Notes under the pieces: model-generated
The model's input: only the letters and a program-made list of their open reading frames with translations
The model's database searches: none
What the model was told of the DNA's origin: nothing
Shown here: one piece after another, positions 49,620-63,971 of the stretch
Layout: every line of letters starts with the position of its first letter
Numbering within the stretch: position 1 is the first letter of the stretch
Assembly: GCF_963506605.1 (NCBI RefSeq)
Contig: NC_083281.1
Coordinates: 434,001 to 498,000, forward strand
Reading direction: 5' to 3'
Length of the DNA: 64,000 bases
Origin: Zootoca vivipara
Lineage: Eukaryota
Made by a program: the position numbers and the translations under genes

Positions 49620-50592
49620 AAGTTTTTTTCCCTGATGCTTATCTGGAATCTCCTTTCTTAGAACTTGAAGCCATGGGTTCGAGTTCTACCCTCTGGAGCA
49701 GCAGAAAATAAGCTTGTTCCCCCTTCCATGTGCGATATTAGAGGATGGCTCTCCTACCTCCCCTCAGTCTCCTCATTTCCAGGCTAAACACACCCAGCTC
49801 TTTTGACGATCCCTCATAAGGCTTAGTTTCCAGACCCTTGATGGTGTCGGTCTCCCTCCTCTGCCCCCCTTCCAGCTTGTCAACATCCTTCTTAAATTGT
49901 GATGCCCAGAACTGGACACAGGATTGCAGGTGGGGCCTGACCATGGCAGAAGTGATTGGGACCACAGGTGAAACTCGGAAAATTAGAATATCGTCGAAAA
50001 GTGCATTTATTTCAGTAACGCAACTTAAAAGGTGGAACCAATATATGAGATAGATGCATGACAGGCAAAGCAAGATATGTCAAGCCTTTATTTGTTGTAA
50101 TTGTAATTATTTGTCGTTAGGCGGGTCAATTATAAATGGAATGTCATTAATGAAATGTCATAGCGCTGTTTATTTTTGTATTATTGTAACTATTTGTTTT
50201 ATTACTGTGGAATTTCCAAAAGAAAGCATTGGTAAAAATTAAAAGAAAAATAAAAAATAATAAGTTGCATTACTGAAATAAATGCACTTTTCAACGATAT
50301 TCTAATTTTCCGAGTTTCACCTGTATGACTTCCCTTGGTCTGGACACTAGACTTCTGAGGATGCAGCCTAGAATAGCATTCGCTTTTTTTGCTGCTGCAT
50401 CACACTGTTGACTCGTGTTAAGCTTGTGGTCCACCAAGACCCCCTAGATCCTTTTCACATGTACTGCTAGTGAGCCAGGGGCCTCCCATCCTATATTTGT
50501 GCATCTGGTTCTTCCTGCCGAAGTGCAGAACCTGACCTTTGTCCCTATGGAAATTCATTTGGTTTGGGTCCAGTTCTCCAATCTGTTGAGGT
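49620..50592 (-). mobile_element. Older CR1 fragment interrupted by a Tc1/mariner MITE (49965-50323)
   Basis: [27 protein letters not shown] on the minus strand. Confidence 0.82.
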
Positions 50593-50593
50593 C

Positions 50594-51302
50594 TGCAATA
50601 AACCCAGATGCCAACTTTGCTGCCACATACACCCAGACAACACCATTACTGGCCCCAACAACATCCAACATACCATCTCAGGACGATTTAATTGCTCACC
50701 TTCTAACATTGTGTATGCCATCAAATGCCAACAGTGCCCTTCAGCTCTCTATATTGGACAAACAGGCCAAACCGTACGCCAAAGGATAAATAGACATAAA
50801 TCTGACATCAGGAATCACAAGACAGAGAAAGCAGGAGGAGAACACTTCAATCTCCCAGGACATTCTATACAAGATCTCAAAGTAGCTGTCTTATTACAAA
50901 AGAATTTCAGAAATAGACTGGAAAGAGAAGTTGCTGAATTGCAACTTATTACCAAACTTAAAACCATGGAGAGATCTGGTCTGAATAAGGACATTGGATT
51001 CTTATCTCATTATACACGATAAAGCTTTCTTATGCCATCTCACCCCTTGCTTTTTCCTGCAAGACCAATTGCAGTCGTTAACAGTCGCCCACAGGTTTAC
51101 CACTCCTATCAGCCAATCACCCATTCCCACCACCCTTCTGAGCAATACCCCTCCCCACCCTCTCACTATATATAAGGGTCTGGTGACTTCTGTTTCAGTG
51201 TATCTGAAGAAGTGTGCATGCACATGAAAGCTCATACCTATGACAAACTTAGTTGGTCTCTAAGGTGCTGCTGGAAGGAATGTTTTTTATTTTGTTTAGA
51301 CT
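50594..51302 (+). mobile_element. Penelope-like element 3' part with GIY-YIG endonuclease
   Basis: ORF with CNKPRCQLC...NIVYAIKCQQCPSALYIGQTGQ..RQRINRHKSDI..HFNLPGH...GLN, followed by a terminal repeat with TATATAA and a hammerhead motif. Confidence 0.9.
51200..51237 (+). ncRNA. Second hammerhead motif copy, in the Penelope-like terminal repeat
   Basis: Same as 29369-29406 except C>T at the base of stem II (GCACAT-GAAA). Confidence 0.6.
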
Positions 51303-51393
51303 TTGGGCTCACATTTAGCTTGCGGTCCACCGAGACCCCCAGATCCTTTTCGCCCTCCCCTCATCTTAACTGCCGCCCCGTTTCTTCCGCCAG

Positions 51394-51595
51394 AGACCGC
51401 TTGCGGACCACCATCAACGTCCTGGGGGACTCGCTGGGCGCTGGCGTGGTGGAGCACTTATCCCGCCACGAGCTGGAGCTGCAGGACACGGACCTGGGGG
51501 TTGACTCGGGGGCTGAGGAGAACGCGAAGCCGTACCAGTTGATCTACCCAGAGAACGACACCCAGAAGCATCTCAGCGGAGAGACCTCAATGTGA
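51394..51595 (+). CDS. SLC1A6: SLC1A6 terminal coding exon; AATAAA at 52455-52460
   Basis: [28 protein letters not shown]...KPYQLI...ETSM*; nine exons total 1764 nt = 587 aa + stop. Confidence 0.95.
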
Positions 51596-51959
51596 CGACG
51601 CCCAGGAGGGGCGGGCGGGTGGGCAGGGGGCTGGGGGCCGGCGAAGGGGGGCCGAAGGGCCTCTCCGGATCGGAGCCATCGACCGACTGTGAAATACCAA
51701 GGAGAGGCACAGCCATCATCTGTATCCCCTTCCCCAAATCCTCAGCTCTTCCCCCTGTCCCCATATTCTGATACATTATTGCAGGCAGCTCTCTAACGGT
51801 GACAGTTTTGCACGAAAGGATTTCAGGATTCGAACTCGCGCCTCTCTCTCTGCTGCAGCGCGGGGAGGCTCCCCTCTTCCTTCTTTCGATCGCAGGAGTT
51901 TCCACGTTATTTAAATCCGGTGCCAGTGTTCCTTTTTTGTGTCCCCCCCCCTCCCCGGT

Positions 51960-52320
51960 GGCGACCCAGGTGGCGCTGTGGATTAAAACACTGAGCCTAG
52001 GGCTTGCTGATCAGAAGGTCGGCGGTTCGAATCCCTGTGACGGGGTGAGCTCCCGTTGCTCGGTCCCAGCTCCTGCCAACCTAGCAGTTCAAAAGCACGT
52101 CAAAATGCAAGTAGATAAATAGGAACTGCTACAGCGGGAAGGTAAACGGCGTTTCCATGTGCTGCTCTGGTTTGCCAGAAGCGGCTTTGTCATGCTGGCC
52201 ACATGACCTGGAAGCTGTACGCCGGCTCCCTCGGCCAATAATGCGAGATGAGCGCACAACCCCAGAGTCGGTCACGACTGGACCTAATGGTCAGGGGTCC
52301 CTTTACCTTTACCTTTTACC
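51960..52320 (+). mobile_element. Sauria-type SINE in the SLC1A6 3' UTR
   Basis: Full head to (ACCTTT)n tail; lies between the stop (51595) and AATAAA (52455). Confidence 0.87.
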
Positions 52321-52657
52321 CCTCCCCGAATCATGTTCATCTCCATCACAAAAAACAAACACTCGTCTTTCCAACACTTGAAACAAAACACACGGTTTTT
52401 TTGTAAAAAAAAGAAAGAAAGAATGTATAGATGTGATGCTTTACCGGCGTAGAAAATAAACGCTGTTTATTTATGATGATGGTCGGCGCTTTTTTCCGGG
52501 GGGGGGGGGACGGGACGCATACCCCTAAATGTTTTGTGAATCATTTGTACTTTTGTCCATTTGCTGTATTTATCACACACACACACCCGATTTGAACTAT
52601 AAAATGGTGATTTTATAGAGTCAAAATGAGAGTACCCCTAGAAAAAAAGAACTAGAT

Positions 52658-52704
<47 letters not shown>
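52658..52704. repeat. (GATA)n microsatellite
   Basis: Direct reading. Confidence 0.92.
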
Positions 52705-53636
52705 GATGGACATACTAGAAGTAATTTTATTTTATTTTATAAAATGGTGATTTTCTCAAGTCAAAATTAGAGTACCCCTAAAAAATGTTTAGGGGAAAAA
52801 AAGCACTGAAGACGGTTATTAAAGCGGAGAATTGTGAAATGTCTGTGATGGGAGGGGGGAATGGGATCGGGGTGGTGTGGGAGCTACCGCAAGCAGGATT
52901 TGAACACAAGACCCTCTCCCCTTCAGTAAATTCCAGACACTGAGATTCAGGAGCACGTCTGCCTCTGAAAGCAGAGCCACTGGCACCATTGATGGTTTTT
53001 GCCTGATTCACTTTTAAAGCCTTCTAGGCTGGCAACCGTTAGGACACGGCGATATATTGATATATCATCCCAAACTGGTTTGAAGCCGATATAAGTTGCC
53101 CGTTTATAAAATGTGGTTTTTTGGTGGTGGTGGGGGAAGCTTTGGGTTCTCAATTTTATTTTTATTATGTATTTTGTGGTTTTATATCTTGATTTTATTC
53201 CGTGAACCGCCTTGAGACCCCCGGGTTATAAGGCGGCATATAAATGCAATAAATCATCATCATCATTTTTGACCTGGCAATATAGCGTGAAACACTTTTG
53301 CCGAGTTCTGTTTTTAACTATCGGTCGCTACGACGAATCTACCCGGGGAAAAGCAGGAAGTGTCCTGGGAAAAGAGGACCAATGGCAAGCCTATTATCAT
53401 ATTCTGTTAGAAGAATCCTAAGGCCTCAAATATAAAATGAATGTTCATAGGTGTGCTAGGTGAGCACGCATACATCCTATGCCCTTTTAAAATGTGGTTT
53501 TTGGGAGGGGGGCTATTGGGTTGTTTTTCTATCTATTATGTATTTTGTGATTTTATATCTTGATTTTATTCCGTGAACCGCCCTGAGACCCTCAGGTATA
53601 GGGTGGTATATAAATTCTAATGATGATGATGATGAT

Positions 53637-54252
53637 AGAATCATAGAATCATAGATTTGGAAGAGACCACGAGGGCCATCCAGTCCAACCCCCTGCCAAG
53701 GAGGAAACACCATCAAAGCATTCTTGACATATGCCTGTCAAGCCTCTGCTTAAAGACCTCCAAAGAAGGAGACTCCACCACACTCCTTGGCAGCAAATCC
53801 CACTGCCGAACAGCTCTTACTGTCAGGAAGTTCTTCCTAATGTTGAGGTGGAATCTTCTTTCTTGAAGTTTGAATCCATTGCTCCGTGTCCGCTTCTCTG
53901 GAGCAGCAGAAAACAACCTTTCTCCCTCCTCTATATGACATCCTTGTATATATTTGAACATGGCTATCATATCACCCCTTAACCTTCTCTTCTCCAGGCT
54001 AAACATACCCAGCTCCCTAAGCCGTTCCTCATAAGGCATCGTTTCCAGGCCTTTGACCATTTTGGTTGCCCTCTTCTGGACACGTTCCAGCTTGTCAGTA
54101 TCCTTCTTGAACTGTGGTGCCCAGAACTGGACACAGTACTCCAAGTGAGGTCTGACCAGAGCAGAATACAGTGGTACTTTACTTCCCTAGATCTAGATGC
54201 TATACTCCTATTGATGCAGCCCAGAATTGCATTGGCTTTTTTAGCTGCTGCT
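53637..54252 (-). mobile_element. CR1 LINE 3' fragment
   Basis: 143-aa CR1 C-terminal ORF and tail. Confidence 0.9.
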
Positions 54253-54539
54253 TTTTTATGATGATGACATGAACCCAAGTAAAATGATATAATACGTTAC
54301 ACCCATATATACACTGTAAAATAATATACAGCAAAATAAAACAAATATATATATACACTGTAAAATAAAATAAAATGACATAATATAATATAATTAACAT
54401 ATGTAGCACATATACACTGTAATATAAAATAAGGGAATAATGTAATGTAATATAACACACAAATTTACACACTGCATGAAATGAGACAATTCTCATTTTT
54501 GAAATCCTTCCTACCCGGGAAAGCCAAAGGAAACGAAAC

Positions 54540-54720
54540 TGGCCAATCAGCGGCTGCGGCGCCTCGCCCGCCTCCCTCCCTGCCACCGGAAGTCCGCCCG
54601 GGCCCGCTCTGCCCCCGCCCCTTCCGCTCCCTCCCGCTCTCGGTCTCCCCTGCCTCCGGCGTCGCGCGGCGTTGGCGTCACACCTCGCGCGCGGCGTCGG
54701 CTTCCAAGATGGCGGCCTCC
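54540..54720 (+). promoter_or_regulatory. LONP1: LONP1 CpG-island promoter
   Basis: GCCAATCAG at 54542, CCGGAAGT (ETS/GABP-like) 54586-54593, GC boxes, CAAGATGGCGGC (YY1-like) over the ATG. Confidence 0.75.
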
Positions 54721-55131
54721 ATGTCGGCGGCGTCTCCGCTGCGCCTGCTGTGGCGGGGCCGGGCCCGTCTGTGCCCGAGGCGGACTCCGGCTGCTTCCCG
54801 AGCCTGGGCGGCGGCGGCGGGGTCCGGACGGGCTTGGCTTCCCCCGGCGGCGGCGGTGGCGGCTCCTCGTCCTCCTCCCCCTCCCCCCCAGCGGCTGCTG
54901 TGCTTCGTGCGAGGCCCCGGAGACGGTTCTCCTTCCTCCTCCTCCTCGGACGGCGGCCTGGAAGACGGAGAAGGAGGCGGCGAAGGCGGAGGCGGAGGGG
55001 GCGGCCTCCCCGGGGATGGCGGGCCGGGGACGGCCCTGGCTCCCCTCATGGTCCCCGAGAGGGTCCCGCACGTGCCGCTCATCGCCGTCTCCAGGAACCC
55101 CGTCTTCCCCCGCTTCATCAAGATCCTCGAG
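54709..55131 (+). CDS. LONP1: Mitochondrial Lon protease exon 1 (targeting peptide)
   Basis: [21 protein letters not shown]... Arg/Ala-rich presequence; ends [20 protein letters not shown]|gtag. Confidence 0.92.
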
Positions 55132-55432
55132 GTAGCACGGAAACCCACCTCGCCCTCCCGGTCTAGAGCAGGGCTTCCCAACCTTTTGGGGGCTCTTAGA
55201 ATAATTTTAAGGTCTTAGATATATCGGTCAAGCGGTTTCGGATATAGCTGGAGACCCACAGACAGACACATTTTTATTTATATAGATGTATGTGCTTGCC
55301 TTGTACATTTATGAACATTTTATTCTATATTTGAGACCTTAGGATTCCTATAAGGGGAGGCAAGGGTGCAAACAAACAATATTATTTTATTATTCTTACT
55401 ATAGTTATTATTGTAATTGTTATATTGTTAGT

Positions 55433-55570
55433 TACAGGTAGGTAGCTGTGTTGTTCTGAGTCGAAGCAAAATAAAAAAATTACTTCAGTAGCACCTTAAA
55501 GACCAACTAAGTTTTTATTTTGGTATGAGCTTTCGTACGAAAAGGTGCTACTGAAGTAATTTTTTAATTT
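55433..55570 (-). mobile_element. Penelope-like terminal fragment with short inverted duplication
   Basis: Reverse complement matches about 29394-29496; followed by inverted AAGGTGCTACTGAAGTAATTTTT. Confidence 0.8.
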
Positions 55571-55639
55571 TTTTATATTGTTGTTGTTCCTGCCCTGGTG
55601 TGGGAGAGGGGAGGGGAGGCCTCATCCTGATGTGGGGCA

Positions 55640-55678
<39 letters not shown>

Positions 55679-56956
55679 CACACAACACACACACAAAAAA
55701 CCCACAATCCCTGGAATTTTAGGATGTGACTCATAAACCGGCCGTCTGCTGGATTTCACACCGTTTCATCATCTCCTTTGCCGCTCATTTCAAGAAAATC
55801 GAAGCACAGCTCCTTTGGTTCGAACTATCAGCTGTTGTTTCCCTGTGGTTCCAGCTGAATGGCTTTTTGGATCCTTACCAACTCTGCAATGCGATGCCGC
55901 AATTTGCTTGCAGTGGCAACGCTTTCAGCCTTGGTGTTGTCCAAAACTCAAGATTAGACACACTGCCCTTTGAATTGCTTTTCCCCTTGAGAGGCCCAGA
56001 GCTCACCAAGGCCGCCTTTTCAAGGATTTGTTTGGGAGACAGACTGCGGGGAGAGAGAGAGATTGGGGGCTGTTCTTGTTTGGGCAGAAACCACAGTTCA
56101 GCATCTCTTGTTTCCTTGAACTGTGGTGGATGTGACAACATTTATATATGCTGGTAAGGAAGGGCAGAATTGAGAGAGAGGGCTGAATGTTCCTCAAGGG
56201 CCTTGTACGACCTTCTGGCAACCAATGTTCATCTGATTTCTACTCAAAATACAAGGAGCAAACCTTAATTCTAGTCAGGGTGGATAAAAATCAATGTTTT
56301 TAAATAAATAAATCAGTTTTTTATTTATTTAAATCAGATTTTTAAAATTTAAATTGGATTTTTAAACAACAACAACAACAACAATTTATTATTTATACCC
56401 CGCCCATCTGGCTGGGTTTCCACAGCCACTCTGGGCGGCTTCCAACAAAATATTAAAATACAATGGCCTGTTAAACATTAAAAGCTTCCCTAATGCTTTG
56501 GGAGGAAAAAACTTTCTAAAGATAGTTTTCTGTTTAAGTTGCATTATAGTCCAGAGGCTTTTATCAGGAAATAAGGATTTGTTTTAAGTTTTTCATGTGT
56601 GCTAAAATTCAGTCTAAAGTGGGGTTGTTGGGTTTTTTTAAAAAAATTGTGAAATCACATTGTGACCCATTGCGATGGCTTATAGCTTTTAGCAATAAAG
56701 ATTTCATTCATTCATTGGGGCTGACTCCCTAGCAAATGGGCTTCGGTCCAAGAAAAGCTGCAACTTGGAGGTCCATGCTCCCCTCTTTGCCAGACTCTTT
56801 CTCTCCTAGGCTTGCCTTAATTGACTGTGACTGCAAGGTTGTTTTAAACTTTTCTTAGTGTTGCATTTTAATTGATGTAACCTGCTCCAGAACCTTAGGG
56901 TGAAGGGTGGGTAATTCATTAACAACAACAACAACAACGACAAATTAACCTTTTAG

Positions 56957-57045
56957 GTGAAAAACAAGAAGCTGGTTGAGTTGCTGCGAAGGAAAGTCAG
57001 CCTTGCCCAACCATACGCTGGCGTCTTCCTCAAAAAGGACGACAG
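56957..57045 (+). CDS. LONP1: LONP1 exon 2
   Basis: [29 protein letters not shown]. Confidence 0.94.
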
Positions 57046-57319
57046 GTAAGCCCAGAGATTTCACCCCAGTCGTTCCTGGGGTCCCACTCGAGGAATGCCA
57101 CCCATATATTGTGCTCCAAAGGCCAAGTGCAGTTTTAAATCTCTCCCCCCCCCCATTTAATGTTCCGCCTTAAGGGGATGAGGTCTGCAGCTCAGTAGCA
57201 GATCACTTGCTTTGCATGCAGAAAGTCTGTCCTGTGGGGGCATCTCTGGGGCTGGGAAAGACCCCTGAGCCTGAAACCCTGGAGAGCCATTGTTGCCCCC
57301 CCCCCCGGCAAAAAAATAA

Positions 57320-57481
<162 letters not shown>

Positions 57482-58243
57482 TAAAGCCCCCCCCCCTGCA
57501 GGCCTCCCATCTCCTTCCTCATTGGCCTCCCCTCTGGTGAAGGGGAGGGTCGGGGAAAGAAGTGGCAAATGAGAAAGATGCAGACTGGATGACGAGCGCT
57601 TGCAATTGGGGAAGAATAGCTGCGCTTCATTCTGCCCCTCCTCCTCCTCCTCTTCTTCTTTGGCGATCCCTCATAGCCAAGTAAGATTGTCTTCCATAAA
57701 CATGGTTTTCACAGTGAGTCCGTAAGTGACTGTAGAGGCCAATTCTGGATCCACACGTCCTTCCACAGTGGGAACATAAGTTTCCAGGCGGGAGTTGATC
57801 CCGGTGAGGGTTTGCCAAGCATGCCTCCCTCTTAGCATGTTCCGGTTAGCACTCCGGTTTGCAAACATTCTTTGGAACCCGAACGTCCAACGCAGCTTCC
57901 GATTGGCTGCAGGAGCTTCCTGCAGCCAATTGGAAGCCGTGTCTTGGTTTCTGATAATTTTGGAAGTCCAACGGACTACTGGGATGGATTCAGTTCGACT
58001 TCCAAGGTACGACTGTAGTAATTTATCTCCTTGCCATCTGGTGGAAGGGCTTTCCACAGGACAGGCACCACCACCGAAAAGGCCCTCTGCCTGGTTCCCT
58101 GTAACCTCGCTTCTCACAGGGAGGGAACCGCCAGAAGGCCCTCTGGGCTAGACGATAGGGGTGGAGATGCTCATTCAGGCATACAGGGCTTTAAAAGTCA
58201 GCACCAGCACTTTGAATTGTGCTCAGAAACATGCCTGGAGACA

Positions 58244-58288
<45 letters not shown>

Positions 58289-58343
58289 CGAGAGAATGCG
58301 GATCCCTTTACTAAGCCCATCTCCCCGCCCTCTGGGCCTTCAG

Positions 58344-58560
58344 GATTCGGATCAACAAACAGCTGGAGGTGGATCCCGAAGAGGCGGCTGAGGAGAGCAA
58401 GTCAAAGACCCGCCGGAAGCAGAAGCGGTCCAAGAGGGAGGCAGGCGAGCCTGTGGGGGACGTGGTGCTGGAGCCCCTCGAAGCGCCCCCAGGCGAGGTC
58501 CTCATGGTGGAAGTGGACAATGTGGCCCACGAGGAATTCCAGGTCACGGAAGAGGTCAAG
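58344..58560 (+). CDS. LONP1: LONP1 exon 4
   Basis: IRINKQLEVDPEE...EVLMVEVDNVAHEEFQVTEEVK|gtgag. Confidence 0.93.
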
Positions 58561-58752
58561 GTGAGTGAGCTGGCTGAAAGTCGCCCCTTCGGTGCCCCTT
58601 GGGAGTCTGCAAAGGGAATGTTGCCCTTCCTGGACAGGTGCCGAGAGGGGCCAGGGCATTCCAGTGAGTGGAAATGGAGGTTCGTTCCTGGAGGGGGGTG
58701 TCCCTCTCCCTTCCCACCCTCCAACCGCCCCTACCGCTGTCTTCCTTCGCAG

Positions 58753-58814
58753 GCCCTGACGGCCGAAATCGTCAAGACCATCCGAGACATCATCGCGCTG
58801 AACCCGCTGTACAG
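58753..58814 (+). CDS. LONP1: LONP1 exon 5
   Basis: ALTAEIVKTIRDIIALNPLY. Confidence 0.95.
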
Positions 58815-59316
58815 GTGAGTTTGAAGAAGGCTTTCGCGCCACCCTCTTTGCCCCCCGGCCCTGCCTCCCCCAGGAAGTGGCCGTACAGGCAGTGTGGCCC
58901 TTGGGGGCTCTGCCCTTCCCTTGAGCCCCCGTTGGGGAGCTGCCTTGGGAACCCAATGGCAAACTAAATAGCAAGCTTCTCCCTTGGAACCATTTTCAAC
59001 TGTTTTTATATGTTGAACAGTCTGTAAACGTTCAAATTCCTAAGGAATTGTTTTTTGCATTTTTCTTGCTGGAACCATCTTACTTCTTTCAGAACTCTGT
59101 ATTTATTTTTTACCGTTGCCACACGCCCTGGGACATAGGGTGGGTGAGGGATTTAGGAACTGAACAAAGGAGTTCATAACATATTGGGAGTTTTGTTAGG
59201 CAAACAAAACTCCTCTATCCTCTATCAAACAAAACTTCCAATTACCTGGCCCGCCTTAGCAGGGCAATACGCAGCTTCTGAAGTGTACAGGAGTCCCAAG
59301 TCTAGCATGGAGTGTA

Positions 59317-59883
59317 CATTGGGACTTTGGTTCTCAAATTTAATCCATTCTGGAAGTCCTTTCCAAAACCAAAGTGATATTTGGAGCTTTTCTTTTTGCT
59401 ATTTTTCTTTTGCATTTTTGTTTGTGTGGCTTTTTCATTTCCCCCCCCTGTGACTTATTCTTCATTTTATGGGACTGACTTGTGACTGTGGCTTGTGACT
59501 TTGTTTTTGTGACTTTGTTTTTGTGACTGTGTGGAACCCAGTTCAGCTACTAGTTGATTGATTGTGTGACTTTTATCCGGAAATGGATAAAAGTCCCCCA
59601 TCCAAACAATGACTGTCATCAGTGTACGTAAGAAAAAATAATAATTTCTATCCTCTACAATGCTGCCTTATTTATTTTATAGTACAGTACATTGATTCTT
59701 GCTTTTTTATGGATCAATGGTCTCGTTAGAGAGTAAAATTCATGTTCAATTCCTGTCTTAGGGCTTGCTTTTAAAAGTCTGGAATGGATTAATCCGTTTT
59801 GCATTACAGCCTATGGGAAAGAAGCGTGTCTTGGTTTTGGAACGCTTTGGAACGGATTAAGTTTGAGAACCATGGTACCACTG
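59317..59883. mobile_element. Tigger/pogo-like non-autonomous element
   Basis: Degenerate CAGTGGTACC-type TIRs with TA flanks; same family as the host element at about 44564-45509. Confidence 0.7.
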
Positions 59884-60109
59884 TAAAGTTATTTTAAACA
59901 TTTTTTTCCTATTCATTATATATCATTTCCCGGAATTCCTTTATCATTTTGCAATTCCACCACATATGACCAAAGGTTCCCTCATACTAAACACCTCAGT
60001 CGAGCCCAGAAGCTGCGCATGCATGGAAAACTTCCCCCCAGTGTTGTTTCTGGGACTGAAGGACTCTTCCGTGACAATAAGTGGGAGAGAGGCAGCCCCT
60101 CCCTTCTGA

Positions 60110-60556
<447 letters not shown>

Positions 60557-61348
60557 TAACAATTCTGGTCAATGTCCCCCCCCCCCCCAAAGCCCAGCAA
60601 CTCTGGCAATGACAATGGGTAGATCACTGCCAGTTTTATTATACTGGGAGTAGATCGCAGTCTCTAGAGAGCTGGACGTGCCTGGTCTAGATGAACTGGC
60701 CGGGTGCTAAGGGCCTCGACTGACCACCTTTCCTCGGTGGAACTCCCTGCCACTAGAGATTCAGCGGGCCAACTTTTAAGTGCCTCCTGGAAGCTTTCCT
60801 ATCCTGCCAGGCATGTTGCAGGCAGCGAAGAAGACATCCTTCGACAATGGTTAATTGATTTCTCTTTTTAACCTCTCTTTTTTAAAAAAGCTGTTTTTTT
60901 GGGTGTTTGTTGCTGAAAACCGCTTTGGTACTCCCCACCCCCCACCCCTTAATATTTTCCCAGGCAGGTCTTTGGAAACTTATATGCAGACGATGCTGGC
61001 CTTGTGGGCTGCTGTTTTAATTCCTGGGTCCAGATGTGCAGCACTATCGTTTTGCAAAAAATAATTTCATATAAAACAGAGGACTGCTATAACAAGGATC
61101 CGAATGTGCTTGTGATTCATTCCAGCTATTGTTTTTTTTTAACTAGTAACAACGTCATTTTATAGTGATGTGTTTAAAATGTCAGATGCCTCCTTGAACC
61201 TTGGGAGAAAGGCGGGCTAGAAATATACAAATCAAGAATAATCCTTGGCGCCGTGGAGCCTTCTTGGACATAACTCTCCTTCCCCTGAACCCCAAGGCTC
61301 TCCGACCCCCCGAAAAGACACATGGGAATCTCTTTCCTTTCCTCCTAG

Positions 61349-62421
<1,073 letters not shown>

Positions 62422-62522
62422 TGAGTCGGGCGGGGGCAGGGCGGGGGTTCAAGCTGGAACCCAGCGGCATCCTTAGGGGAGGAGGGGCTTCCTGTCCTGA
62501 CGCGGCCGCCTCTCCCCTCCAG

Positions 62523-62661
62523 CGTCACGCGGAATTACCTGGACTGGTTGACCTCCATCCCATGGGGCAAGTGCAGCGAGGAGAACCTGGAGCTGGCGAG
62601 GGCCCAGGAGGTCCTGGAAGAGGATCATTACGGCATGGAGGACGTCAAAAAAAGGGTTCTG
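62523..62661 (+). CDS. LONP1: LONP1 exon 9
   Basis: [46 protein letters not shown]. Confidence 0.95.
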
Positions 62662-62972
62662 GTAAGGACAAACGGGCGGTCGGGGGGTCTCTGCGCCTCC
62701 GAGGCGGGGTGGGGCGGAAACACAGGCCATGTTTTCCCCAAGCGCTGAACCGCGGTTAGGTATGAACCATGGTTTGCTCCTTTCCTTTCTATTAAGAGCA
62801 ATGGAGAGAAGATAGGTACTGTATTTTTTTATTCTTATTTATTGAATTTATTTACCGCCCTGTAAACCGCGGTTACGTATCAACCATGGTTTGCTCCCTT
62901 CCTTTCGTCTTTAAGAGCAATGGGCAGAAGGCATGTAGAAACTCACAACTCATGAACAAATGGGGTATTAGC

Positions 62973-63029
<57 letters not shown>

Positions 63030-63041
63030 TATACTACCCTA

Positions 63042-63232
63042 TGCGCTGTGGGTTAAAGCACAGAGCCTAGGGCTTGCCAATCAGAAGGTCGGCAGTTCAA
63101 ATCCCCGTGACGGGGTGAGCTCCTGTTGCTCGGTCCCAGCTCCTGCCAACCTAGCAGTTCGAAAGCACCTCAAAGTGCAAGTAGATAAATAGGTACCGCT
63201 CCAGCGGGAAGGTAAACGGTGTTTCTGTGTGG
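63042..63232 (+). mobile_element. Sauria-type SINE 5' half
   Basis: Matches the head of the other copies. Confidence 0.8.
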
Positions 63233-63485
63233 TTTGAATGTTTAAAATATTTATGCAGTATATCACAAGTTTAATGGTTTAGTAGCTGGAAAATTGGGTA
63301 ACGGGATCTGGAATGTAAAGATGATTTGGTTCATTTAAAGAACCAGAAGAGGGGGTGGAGGGAAGTCCAGGGATTTTTTTGGGGGGGGGGATGTTTTCTT
63401 TTGGTTTTTTTTTTAATGTTAATGAGAAATGTGGGGGATAATTTGGTATTGATAGAATATGGCATATATTGGATTTTTTTAATAA

Positions 63486-63755
<270 letters not shown>

Positions 63756-63758
63756 TAG

Positions 63759-63971
<213 letters not shown>

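Noticed and set aside
50564-51022. Stand-alone GIY-YIG nuclease gene
   Set aside because: It is the C-terminal part of a Penelope-like element; the ORF start is borrowed from the adjacent CR1.
53100-53637. Direct repeat upstream of LONP1 as a regulatory duplication
   Set aside because: Both copies look like LINE (L2-type) 3' tails ending in microsatellites.
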